From Methanomassiliicoccaceae archaeon (GTDB lineage Archaea > Thermoplasmatota > Thermoplasmata > Methanomassiliicoccales > UBA472), in the NCBI GenBank assembly GCA_963827135.1, contig CAWGZX010000005.1, forward strand, positions 392,176-456,175: a stretch of 64,000 nucleotides of DNA. The letters are read 5' to 3'. The position numbers and the translations under genes were made by a program. This document shows, in pieces, positions 55,793-64,000 of this stretch (position 1 is its first letter; every line of letters begins with the position of its first letter). Under the pieces are notes generated by a model, which was not told the DNA's origin, searched no databases, and saw only the letters and a list, made by a program, of their open reading frames with translations.

Positions 55793-55975
55793 ATGAAACT
55801 CACCCTCATGGAAATCCTCGCCTGCCCAAAGTGCAAACACCATCCCCTAGAGCTAAGGTCAACCAAGGAGGAGAAAGGGGAGATCTTGGAGGGAGTCATC
55901 ACTTGTACCAGATGCCATATCGATTACCCCATCGAGGATGGAATACCGAATATGCTGATCCACGAGGGCCGTTAG
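55793..55975 (+). CDS. trm112: Trm112-family zinc-ribbon protein
   Basis: 60 aa with LACPKCK…CTRC and the DGIPNML tail. Confidence 0.8.
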   Translation: MKLTLMEILACPKCKHHPLELRSTKEEKGEILEGVITCTRCHIDYPIEDGIPNMLIHEGR

Positions 55976-55977
55976 GC

Positions 55978-57150
55978 TCAGAGCGCGGCCATCGCCCTTT
56001 GGATCCTGTGCATGCCCTCTTTCAGGTCCTGCCTGCTGGCAGCGTAGGATATCCTTATGTGCCCCTCACCCGCGGGACCGAAGGTGGACCCCGGAGTCAC
56101 GGCCACGTGCGCCTCGTTCAATAAGTGCATGGTCAGGTCCTCTGAGGGCATGGCCACGTCGTACCGGGGGAACATGTAGAAAGCCCCCTTGGGCTTGGGG
56201 CAGTGCAATCGTGGTATGCCTTGCATCAGCTCGTAGACCAGGTCCCTGCGCGCCTTGAACTCCTCGATCATCGCCTGGACCGATCCCTGCGGACCACGAA
56301 GCGCCTCCACCCCCGCGACCTGGACGAAGGAGGTGGCGTTGGTGATGGACTGGGTCTGCAGCTTATTGATCTCCTTGATCATCGGGGGAGGGGCCACCAC
56401 CCACCCCAGCCTCCACCCAGTCATGGCATAGGTCTTGGAGAAACCATTGATGGTTATGGTGCGCTCGAACATGCCAGGCAGCGAAGCGAAGGAATAGTGC
56501 CTGCCTTCGAAGATGATCTTCTCATAGGTCTCGTCGGAGAGCACGACGAGGTCGTGGTCCTTGGCCAGGTCGGCTATGCCTTGGACGTCGCCCTTCTCCA
56601 GCACCGAGCCGAGCGGATTGGAGGGCGAGTTGGTCAATATCATCCTCGTCCTGGAGGTAATGGCCTCGGCCACCCTCTCGGGCAGCATGCGGTAATCCTC
56701 CTCGGCCTTCAAGGTCACGTGCTTAGGCACCCCGCCAGCGAACCTGACCAAGGCCTCGAACGTCCCCCAGGAGGGGTCCGGTATGACGACCTCGTCCCCC
56801 TCGTCCACCATGGCCAGGAAGGACATGAAGAGGGCGAACTTGGTAGGGGTGATGACCACGTGCTGCTCCTCGCAGGGGATGCCGTTCTCCTTGCGGGACT
56901 TCTCCGCCACGGCCCTGCGCAGCTCTGGTATTCCCGCAGAGGGGGTGTAATGGGTGAAATGGCCATTGATCGACCTGATGGCCGCCTGGCAGATGTTGTC
57001 CGGTGTGGGAAAGTCAGGCTCTCCGACGGAGAAGGATATGATGTCCACTCCCTCTCCTTTCAGCTTGCTCACCATATTGGAGATGCGGACCGTCCCGGAC
57101 TCGGGCATCCGCATCATACGCTCTGCGACCATCGTCCAGGCCATGTCCAA
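55978..57150 (-). CDS. class I pyridoxal-phosphate aminotransferase (aspartate aminotransferase-like)
   Basis: NGFSKTYAMTGWRLGW (PLP lysine context) and the NPSNPLG motif. Confidence 0.8.
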   Translation of the reverse strand: MDMAWTMVAERMMRMPESGTVRISNMVSKLKGEGVDIISFSVGEPDFPTPDNICQAAIRSINGHFTHYTPSAGIPELRRAVAEKSRKENGIPCEEQHVVITPTKFALFMSFLAMVDEGDEVVIPDPSWGTFEALVRFAGGVPKHVTLKAEEDYRMLPERVAEAITSRTRMILTNSPSNPLGSVLEKGDVQGIADLAKDHDLVVLSDETYEKIIFEGRHYSFASLPGMFERTITINGFSKTYAMTGWRLGWVVAPPPMIKEINKLQTQSITNATSFVQVAGVEALRGPQGSVQAMIEEFKARRDLVYELMQGIPRLHCPKPKGAFYMFPRYDVAMPSEDLTMHLLNEAHVAVTPGSTFGPAGEGHIRISYAASRQDLKEGMHRIQRAMAAL

Positions 57151-57296
57151 GAGCGTATTTTAGGCTTTGTAGATTCGATTTTTCCTCATTGGACCATCGC
57201 CACAATTGAGCTTATATGTACAGTAAAGTACTAATAAATGCATTTCATGCAAGGTTCAAATAAACCTTGGACATTAGAGAGGACCGGTGAGAATGC

Positions 57297-58205
57297 ATGC
57301 CATTTGAACTCGACATGACGAAGCTACGCTTCGGCACCGAACTGGTAAAAAGAGGATTCGCCAAGATGCAGCAGGGCGGCGTGGTCATGGACGTGACCAA
57401 CGCGGAGCAGGCTGGCATCGCTGAGGACGCCGGTGCCGTGGCAGTCATGGCCCTGGAGCGCGTGCCCGCCGACATCAGGGCGCAGGGCGGGGTGGCCCGG
57501 ATGGCAGACCCCGTGAAGATCCAGGAGATCATGGACACCGTCACCATACCCGTGATGGCCAAATGCCGCATCGGCCATTTCGTCGAGGCCCAGATCCTCG
57601 AGTCCTTGGGCGTGGACATGATCGATGAGTCCGAGGTTCTCACCCCCGCGGACCCCTTCTACCACGTCGATAAGCGCAAGTTCCGCGTGCCGTTCGTCTG
57701 CGGCGCCAGAGACCTAGGCGAGGCCATACGCCGCATAGACGAGGGCGCGGCCATGATCCGCACCAAGGGCGAGGCGGGGACCGGCAACGTGATCGAGGCC
57801 GTTAGGCACCAGAGGGCTATCATGTCCCAGGTCCGCGAGCTGAAGGGCAAGGAGCAGGAAGAACTAGTCACCATCGCGCGCAAGATCGAGGCGCCATTGT
57901 ACCTGGTCAAGGAGGTGGCTGAGCTGCAGAGGCTGCCGGTCATCAACTTCGCCGCAGGCGGGATCGCCACACCGGCCGACGCAGCAATGATGATGCAACT
58001 TGGGACCGACGGCGTGTTCGTCGGGTCTGGGATCTTCAAGGCCGACAACCCCGAGGAAAGGGCCAAGGCCATCGTGGAGGCGGTCACCAACTTCGACGAC
58101 CCACAGGTCCTGGCCGAGGTCTCCAAGGGATTGGGGGAGGCGATGAAGGGCATCGAGATATCCACCATCAAGCCGGAGCAGCGCCTTCAGGAGCGCGGCT
58201 GGTAG
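57297..58205 (+). CDS. pdxS: pyridoxal 5'-phosphate synthase lyase subunit
   Basis: [14 protein letters not shown]…[13 protein letters not shown]…[11 protein letters not shown]. No pdxT is adjacent. Confidence 0.9.
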   Translation: MPFELDMTKLRFGTELVKRGFAKMQQGGVVMDVTNAEQAGIAEDAGAVAVMALERVPADIRAQGGVARMADPVKIQEIMDTVTIPVMAKCRIGHFVEAQILESLGVDMIDESEVLTPADPFYHVDKRKFRVPFVCGARDLGEAIRRIDEGAAMIRTKGEAGTGNVIEAVRHQRAIMSQVRELKGKEQEELVTIARKIEAPLYLVKEVAELQRLPVINFAAGGIATPADAAMMMQLGTDGVFVGSGIFKADNPEERAKAIVEAVTNFDDPQVLAEVSKGLGEAMKGIEISTIKPEQRLQERGW

Positions 58206-58206
58206 A

Positions 58207-58866
58207 TCAAGGAATTGCCGTTAGAACCTGGGATGTGACGTCCGGGACCGTTAGCAGTTCGTCCCCTAGGGACACCTTCACGTCCGCCATTTGGTAAACC
58301 GGGCTATGGAAATCCCCTTCCGGGAACCCCCCGATGATCACCGCCAGGTGCTTCCCGCCCGAACCGCTCAGAACCCGGCGCAGATCGTTCCTTTCCCCGG
58401 ATGGAGTGAGGACGATTACCGCGTCTGGCATGAGCCGTCCGAGCAGCGCCTTGAGGTCCATGTCCCTCTCAAGCACCAGGCCCTCCTCCTCTCCATCGAG
58501 GTGGCCCTTCTCGAAGAGCTCACCGAGGGAGCGCAGGAAGGCTATGTAGTTCTGGTCCGGCCTGTATTTCCTCCCTACCGTGATGACCTCCCCGCCCCGG
58601 GTATGGATGAAGGAAGCTAGCTTGCCATCCTCGCAGGCGCGGGAGCCCTGCGCAAGAAGCAGGAAAGAGTGCACGATGTCCGGCCTACCCCTCCTCTCCG
58701 CGTCATCTAGGCCCTGCAGGATGTGGCGATGGATGTAGCTGTCGAGGACTATGACCCCCCTGAGCTCAGCATCCTTCACGCTGCACACCCTTGGGGGGGC
58801 TGTGCCATCCGAGCAGAGCAATGGAGCGCGCTCCACCTCGGCGTCCGCCAGGATCAGGGAGATCAT
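58207..58866 (-). CDS. nep1: rRNA pseudouridine N1-methyltransferase Nep1 (SPOUT)
   Basis: 219 aa with RPDIVHSFLLLAQGS and an EMG1/NEP1-like layout. Confidence 0.7.
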   Translation of the reverse strand: MISLILADAEVERAPLLCSDGTAPPRVCSVKDAELRGVIVLDSYIHRHILQGLDDAERRGRPDIVHSFLLLAQGSRACEDGKLASFIHTRGGEVITVGRKYRPDQNYIAFLRSLGELFEKGHLDGEEEGLVLERDMDLKALLGRLMPDAVIVLTPSGERNDLRRVLSGSGGKHLAVIIGGFPEGDFHSPVYQMADVKVSLGDELLTVPDVTSQVLTAIP

Positions 58867-59933
58867 GATATGATCTTGTCCAGCATGCCCTTCTCCAGCC
58901 CCAGGCGTATCTCGCGGGCGATGCGGCGGCCGGTGGACATCTCCAGCTCGACCAGGTCCGAGTATGGCGAGCCGGAGACGAACGGGTTGCTCCCGGCCAC
59001 GATCCTGGATGAGATCTCGAAGACCTTGAACTGCAGCTGATCGGTGACGATGGCCTCGAGGCAGAAGGGGCCGATCATGCCTCCGAAGAGCTGGTTGGCC
59101 CTACGGACCACGCGCTCCCCCATATCGAACACCTTGGGCAAGAGCGATTCGCGTATCACGACCGGCACGTTCCCTGTCACGACGAACGACGGGAAGTAGC
59201 CTAGGCGCTTGAGCTCCTCCGATGCCCCGAGCTTGTACATCTCGTCGATGTTGCTCTCATCCCGGCGGTCCATGGAGAGGAGCTGCAGCGACCCGTCCTC
59301 GACCTTGTACCCCTCCTTCATGATCGGCGAGTAGAAGAAGTGCAGGTAGTACCTGGTGCCCAGGATGTACTCTTGGATGGTGTAGGGCTGCGAGAGGTCG
59401 ATGCCCATCTTGAACTCGGGATAGTCCTTGGCGATGAAGAATCCCCTGCCGCCCTTGGCGCCGTGGTACTTCACCAGGACCGGCCTGTCGATCTTCTTGG
59501 CATCGTCGACCTTGGCGGGCATCTCGATGCCGGCGGACTCTAGCCATTCCCTCATCTTATCCCGGTCCGATTCCCAACCGAGGACCTCGCGGTTCCCGAA
59601 GGTCGGGACCTCCATGGCCTCGAAACGTTTGGAGCCAAGGTACTCGACGAAGGAGCCGTGGGGTACGATGATGACGTTGCGGGCGAGGAGCTCGTCCCTC
59701 TGGTCGAGGAGGTCCTGGTAGGTGGACATGCGGAGGATCTCGTCCGGCTTGGCCAGAGGGAAGGCGTCGTAGAACTTGGTGTTCTGGGTCACTGCTATCC
59801 CCAACGTCCGGAACCCTTCCTTGCGGGCGCCGTTGAAGATCTGCATGGAAGAATGCGAGCAGAGGGTGGCGATTGTGATCTTGTCACTATCGTACTCCTC
59901 GAGAAGCCTGAGAATCGTGTCCTTTTGGACCAT
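58863..59933 (-). CDS. purP: 5-formaminoimidazole-4-carboxamide ribonucleotide (FAICAR) synthetase, ATP-grasp
   Basis: ITIATLCSHSSMQIFNGARKEGF… is the archaeal PurP pattern. Confidence 0.8.
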   Translation of the reverse strand: MVQKDTILRLLEEYDSDKITIATLCSHSSMQIFNGARKEGFRTLGIAVTQNTKFYDAFPLAKPDEILRMSTYQDLLDQRDELLARNVIIVPHGSFVEYLGSKRFEAMEVPTFGNREVLGWESDRDKMREWLESAGIEMPAKVDDAKKIDRPVLVKYHGAKGGRGFFIAKDYPEFKMGIDLSQPYTIQEYILGTRYYLHFFYSPIMKEGYKVEDGSLQLLSMDRRDESNIDEMYKLGASEELKRLGYFPSFVVTGNVPVVIRESLLPKVFDMGERVVRRANQLFGGMIGPFCLEAIVTDQLQFKVFEISSRIVAGSNPFVSGSPYSDLVELEMSTGRRIAREIRLGLEKGMLDKIIS

Positions 59934-60002
59934 ATCGTTGTATTCGCATCGGCAATATAAACATTACCATTTGGGGTTGGTTTGCGAGTCCAGCTCGCTT
60001 CG

Positions 60003-60512
60003 TCATACAACGTATATTCCCAGGATTTCGGCCAAGAAGATCACTATCATGCACCGGTTGATCGTCGCCAGGAAGTTCACTATGACGAAGTAATTGGGGG
60101 TGATGATCTCATCCTTGTTGAAGACGGAGTAGAGGTAGATGGTGATGGTGTCTGGCATGAAGGGAACGCTCATCAACATGTAGAGGCCCCAGTACCTGGT
60201 CTTGGATACGAACCACTCCATAGATCTCACAAACCAGCCGATGAAGAAGACGTTCTCCGACCATTGTCGGATGCGCTTCTCCACCTTCAGTCCCAGATAG
60301 AAGACGAGGATGCAGCCAGTGGCCTTGCCAGCGGCCACAATCAAGGATTTCGTGAGAATTCCCAGGGAAGGAGCGAGGAACAGGCCGAGCTCGACAGGAA
60401 TCGGGAGCAAGACGGCCGTGGCGATGGAATAAAGATAGAGGACGACGGCATACTCCAATGGACTGTTCGCTAGGGATTCTAGGAAACCCATAAAAATGCC
60501 GACTATGTCCAT
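60003..60512 (-). CDS. small polytopic membrane protein (DedA/VTT-like, tentative)
   Basis: 169 aa with 4-5 predicted TM helices. The family call is weak. Confidence 0.4.
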   Translation of the reverse strand: MDIVGIFMGFLESLANSPLEYAVVLYLYSIATAVLLPIPVELGLFLAPSLGILTKSLIVAAGKATGCILVFYLGLKVEKRIRQWSENVFFIGWFVRSMEWFVSKTRYWGLYMLMSVPFMPDTITIYLYSVFNKDEIITPNYFVIVNFLATINRCMIVIFLAEILGIYVV

Positions 60513-60681
60513 CGTCAGGCCATGAGGACATCTACAGAAAAATGTTTGTTTGCACCTATAGCGAACGGAATAGGTGGCGCACTAGCCAAGGGAGCCTATC
60601 CAGTATGTCCAACGGTAAAGCAATCTTTTTATGGTCGAAGTGGGATAATCCCCATTCAGTACTCGATAGGGGATTTTGACC

Positions 60682-61281
60682 ATGGGTGACGGTAAGGACT
60701 GGTTTGCGGAGCTGGATGCGGAGCTCCAGAAGCAGACCGAGGCAATCAGCAAGGACCTCGCTGAGATGAACAATCAGAAGAGGACGATCAACAAGGCGCT
60801 CATCGAGGACTTCTGGAAGATATTCATGCGCTTCGGGAAAATCAATGTCAACATGACCATGGAGCCATCGCACGAGGCTTTCGCCGCCTTCGAGGTTTAC
60901 CCCGACGTCTGGCATTTCAAAGAGGGATTCAACTTCGCCGCGGTCAACAGCCTACAGCTGGTCGACCGCACTACGGAGCAGGGCCGGATGGGCGACTCGC
61001 TCAAGGTCTGGTACTACTCTGTGGACTCCACGCCCCATGTGCGAATGATATTCGAGTACTGCGAGGGAGAGCACTACTACAAGTACGCTGGATGGAAGCG
61101 CATCTTCGCTCAGTTCGTGGTCTACGACGCCCCGGTGGCCAAGGCGGAGCTTGTCAAGTTGCATGAGAAGATGAGCGACGTGGTGAAGGTCTGGTACGAG
61201 AGCCACCTGCGCCGCAACCGCGACATCATCATCAAGCACCTGAAGGAGAACTACGAGCGCGGCGAGACCTTCACCGAGTGA
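60682..61281 (+). CDS. hypothetical protein (199 aa)
   Basis: ORF with coding-like composition and ATG at 60682. I recognise no family. Confidence 0.5.
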   Translation: MGDGKDWFAELDAELQKQTEAISKDLAEMNNQKRTINKALIEDFWKIFMRFGKINVNMTMEPSHEAFAAFEVYPDVWHFKEGFNFAAVNSLQLVDRTTEQGRMGDSLKVWYYSVDSTPHVRMIFEYCEGEHYYKYAGWKRIFAQFVVYDAPVAKAELVKLHEKMSDVVKVWYESHLRRNRDIIIKHLKENYERGETFTE

Positions 61282-61356
61282 GCCGGCTCCCTTCCCCTCA
61301 ATTTCTTCATTTGCCTTAGGGGATTAGGGCACTTTCGAGCACCCCTCATATCATAC

Positions 61357-61364
61357 TTTTAAAA
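61357..61364 (+). promoter_or_regulatory. TATA-like box upstream of RPA
   Basis: TTTTAAAA lies 47-54 nt upstream of ATG 61411. Confidence 0.3.
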
Positions 61365-61410
61365 GGAATTTTGATTATGGTATCGGGCCTAGTGCCCACG
61401 AGGTTTAACC

Positions 61411-62738
61411 ATGGAAAAGGAAGAGATCGCACCCCACGTGTCTGAAATTTCCCGGGTGCTCGGAAACAAGGTGAGCGAGGAGCAGATCGAGAAGGAGCTG
61501 GATACCTACCTGAACTTGTACAGGGTTTCGCTGGAGACCGCCAAGCGCTCGGTGGTCCGGAAGCTCGGCGGGGACCCTAACGCCCTCAGCAAGGGAGTGC
61601 AGAAGAAGCTGTCCGAGCTTTCAGGCGCGGAGCAGAGCGTCGACATCCTGGTGAAGGTGCTGACCGCGAATAGGAAGGATATCGAGCAGAACGGCGAGCT
61701 GAGGACGCTGATCTATGGCTTCTTTGCCGATGAGACAGGGTCCATGGCATACACTGCCTGGGACGCCGACCGATTCCCCCTCGAGAGGGGGCAGGTGCTG
61801 CTGGTCCGCAATGCCTACACCAAGGAATGGAACGGCAAGCCCCAGCTGAACCTAGGAACCCGCGCGACCATCGAGTCGCAACCTGCGGAATCGGTGCGGC
61901 TGCCCGAGGGGATGGACGTGCCCATCTACGGACCATCCACGGCCAAGGTCGCAGACCTGGTCGAAGGCATGAACAGCGTGACCACCACGGTCAAGATACT
62001 CTCGGTGGAGACCCGCAAGATAGAGTCCCAGGAGGGGGCGAAGACCTTCTTCTCGGGAATGCTCGCGGACGAGACCGGAAGGGCGCAGTTCTCCGCCTGG
62101 CATGATTTCAATCTCAAGAAGGACGAGATCGTCCTGATTAGGGGTGCTTACGTCCGCTCCTGGAGGGGCATACCGCAGCTCAACTTCGGCGAGAGGGCGG
62201 AGGTCTCACGGGTCAAGTCGCCGTTCCCCCCGACCTGGACCTATCCAAGCCGCAGCCAAGGGTCATAGCCGAGCTCGAGACCGTGGGCGGCGCCTTCGAC
62301 GTCCTGGTCGCCGGGGTGGTGGTGGACGTCAAGAAGGGCAGTGGGCTGATCCAGAGGTGCCCGCAGTGCAACCGCTTGGTGCAGAACAAGCTGTGCCGCC
62401 TCCATGGGAAGGTGGAGGGGCAGTATGACCTGCGCATCAAGGCCGTGGTGGATGATGGCGCTGGTTCGATAACCGCCGTGCTCAACAAGGACCTCACCGA
62501 GGCCTTGGTCGGAATAACCTTGGAGCAGGCCATCAAAGAGGCGAGGGAGGCCATGGACCCGGAGGTAGTCAAGGAGAAGATCGAGGAGCGCCTGCTGGCC
62601 AAGCCTTTGGAGGTGAGGGGCAACGTCATCAGTGACGACTATGGCCTGATGATGATCGTTTCCGAGGCCAGGATGTTCGTGCCCGAGGTCAGGGCCGAGG
62701 CTGCCAACCTCCTATCTGAGCTGGAGGGGACCCAATGA
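61411..62738 (+). pseudogene. rpa: replication protein A large subunit (OB folds plus zinc finger), interrupted by a -1 frameshift in a C6 run as assembled
   Basis: Frame A (61411-62268) carries the OB folds. Frame B is open from 62142 and continues PPDLDLSKPQPRVIAELETVGGAFDV…CPQCNRLVQNKLCRLHG. Adding one C to CCCCCC (62226-62231) joins them into ~442 aa. Confidence 0.8.
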
Positions 62739-63637
62739 TCGGGCGCGAGGTGGCTTGGCGCATCTTCGCCGCGGAGTACAACTCCTCGCGCCTCGAGATA
62801 AAAGGGGAGGGAGAAAGAGCGCCCTCCTACATAGTCTCGCCCCTGGGAGCGATGGTGAACAGGGTGTTCCTGGTCGGGGTGCTCACGGACCTGGAGAACA
62901 TAGGCACCGGGGACGAGCCCCTCTGGAAGGGCCGCCTGCAAGACCCCACAGGCAACTTCTACATCTCCTCCGGGCAGTATCAGCCAGAGGCCACAGCTGC
63001 CCTTTCGAAGATCGAGGCGCCGGCCTTCATCGCCGTGGTGGGGAAGACCCGCACCTATTCCCCGGAGGAGGGGACGATGTACGTGTCCATCCGTCCGGAG
63101 AAGGTCCGTATCGTCGAGGCGAGGGAGAGGGACCACTGGGTACTGGAGGCCTGCAAGGCTACCTTGAGGAGGATCGACGCCGTCACCGACGCCAAGGAGA
63201 TGGCCGTCCCGACCGTGGACGAGCTGATGAAGCTAGGTCATTCCCCTGCGCTAGCCGAAGGCGTGGTCAAGGCCGTGGGCCATTACCAGGACGTCGACCT
63301 GGGCAGGTACCGGGCCATGGTGGTGGATGCCCTGAAGTTCCTGCTTCCCGAGTACCAGTCGGAGCTGGAGTCGGAAATGCCCTCGGAGCTGGCCCAGCGC
63401 CCTGAGGAGGTCGAGGACGAGGAGGCGGTCGAGGCCGCGGAGGAGGAGAAAGAGGAAAAGGTCATGGCCATCATCACCAAGCTGGACAAGACCGGGAAGG
63501 GCGCCGCCTGGGACGACATCGTGGATGAGGTTAAGAAACTAGGCATGGACCGCACCGCCTTGGAGGAAGTGACCAACTCCCTGCTCGACAAAGGCCTGAT
63601 CTACGAGCCGGTGCTGGGGCGGATGAAGAGGATCTGA
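62735..63637 (+). CDS. RPA-associated OB-fold protein (RPA32/COG3390-like) with acidic linker and C-terminal winged helix
   Basis: ATGA overlap with the RPA stop. OB-like N-half, a EEVEDEEAVEAAEEEKEEK linker and a wHTH-like tail. Confidence 0.65.
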   Translation: MIGREVAWRIFAAEYNSSRLEIKGEGERAPSYIVSPLGAMVNRVFLVGVLTDLENIGTGDEPLWKGRLQDPTGNFYISSGQYQPEATAALSKIEAPAFIAVVGKTRTYSPEEGTMYVSIRPEKVRIVEARERDHWVLEACKATLRRIDAVTDAKEMAVPTVDELMKLGHSPALAEGVVKAVGHYQDVDLGRYRAMVVDALKFLLPEYQSELESEMPSELAQRPEEVEDEEAVEAAEEEKEEKVMAIITKLDKTGKGAAWDDIVDEVKKLGMDRTALEEVTNSLLDKGLIYEPVLGRMKRI

Positions 63638-63688
63638 GCCGCCCTCAAACACGTTCCATGGGGACGAACGCCTCCATCGACCTTCGTG

Positions 63689-64000
63689 CTACTCGAAGCT
63701 GGATAGCAGCTCGTCCTCCAACTTCCATTGCGCCTTGAAGTGCTCGTTCACCTCGCGGATCATGACATGGTACCAATAGGCGAGGAACGGGAAGAATGCC
63801 AGCGAGACAATGGCGTAGAGCGTGAAAGGCCTCTTGGAGAGCGTTGCCGACGGTACCGAGGGAGCGGTGACGCCCAGCTTCAGACCAGCGGAGGAGTTGA
63901 GCGCGAGGAAGTGCAGCCAACGGGAATCATGCGGCCCTGGCATAAGGTTGAGATGGTACAGGTAATAATATCCTAGCGGAAGGCCGACCAAGGGGAGCGC
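63689..64000 (-). CDS. membrane protein, 5'-truncated by the window edge
   Basis: The frame stays open to nt 64000. Hydrophobic segments present. Function unknown. Confidence 0.4.
   Translation of the reverse strand, partial: ALPLVGLPLGYYYLYHLNLMPGPHDSRWLHFLALNSSAGLKLGVTAPSVPSATLSKRPFTLYAIVSLAFFPFLAYWYHVMIREVNEHFKAQWKLEDELLSSFE

Noticed and set aside
62266-62268. TAG at the end of RPA frame A as a pyrrolysine or read-through codon
   Set aside because: Translation past the TAG in frame A gives PSSRPWAAPSTSWSPGWWW…, which is not RPA-like. The homologous continuation is in the -1 frame, so a frameshift explains the split and recoding does not.
1-64000. CRISPR arrays, rRNA genes, IS elements, integrases
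   Set aside because: I saw no spaced direct-repeat arrays, no rRNA-like conserved segments, and no transposase, integrase or terminal inverted repeats, including at the island borders (~25.74 and ~40.5 kb).

Overview
High-G+C, gene-dense archaeal chromosome segment. The archaeal assignment rests on aIF5A, Nop5, an LSm protein, SMC-ScpA-ScpB, XPD, RPA, Nep1, Trm112, CDP-archaeol synthase and PurP. The gene content looks Thermoplasmata or methanogen-like, but that is inference only. I could support about 65 protein genes and one tRNA-Val. I found no rRNA, CRISPR array, integrase or transposase.

The core regions carry housekeeping operons:
- an MtnA plus class II aldolase pair
- nop5
- an ABC importer operon with no binding-protein gene
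- smc-scpA-scpB
- udg-pyrE-carS-xpd
- serC-like/serA
- pdxS
- nep1-purP
- the RPA genes

The clear accessory region is a ~15-kb AT-rich island at ~25.7-40.5 kb, sitting inside a larger surface-glycan locus (~17.7-20.6 kb and 25.8-45.9 kb). The island encodes:
- a complete pseudaminic acid pathway (PseB, PseC, a fused PseG-PseH, PseI and a PseF-like cytidylyltransferase)
- a Pse-associated methylase-family gene
- two divergent HisH/HisF/PP-loop amidotransferase trios
- an orphan 575-aa GT-B-like protein, which is my best candidate for an undescribed nonulosonic-acid transferase

Next to the island are GC-rich WbpB/E/D-like genes and glycosyltransferases.

A second theme is single-nucleotide frame disruptions. 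Five genes are split as assembled: one amidotransferase, two glycosyltransferases, threonine aldolase and the essential RPA large subunit. A sixth candidate lies at the serC-like start. Two of the six sit in homopolymer runs. I therefore cannot separate assembly error from real gene decay or phase variation without read data.

All GC statements are by-eye estimates, and no database search was run.
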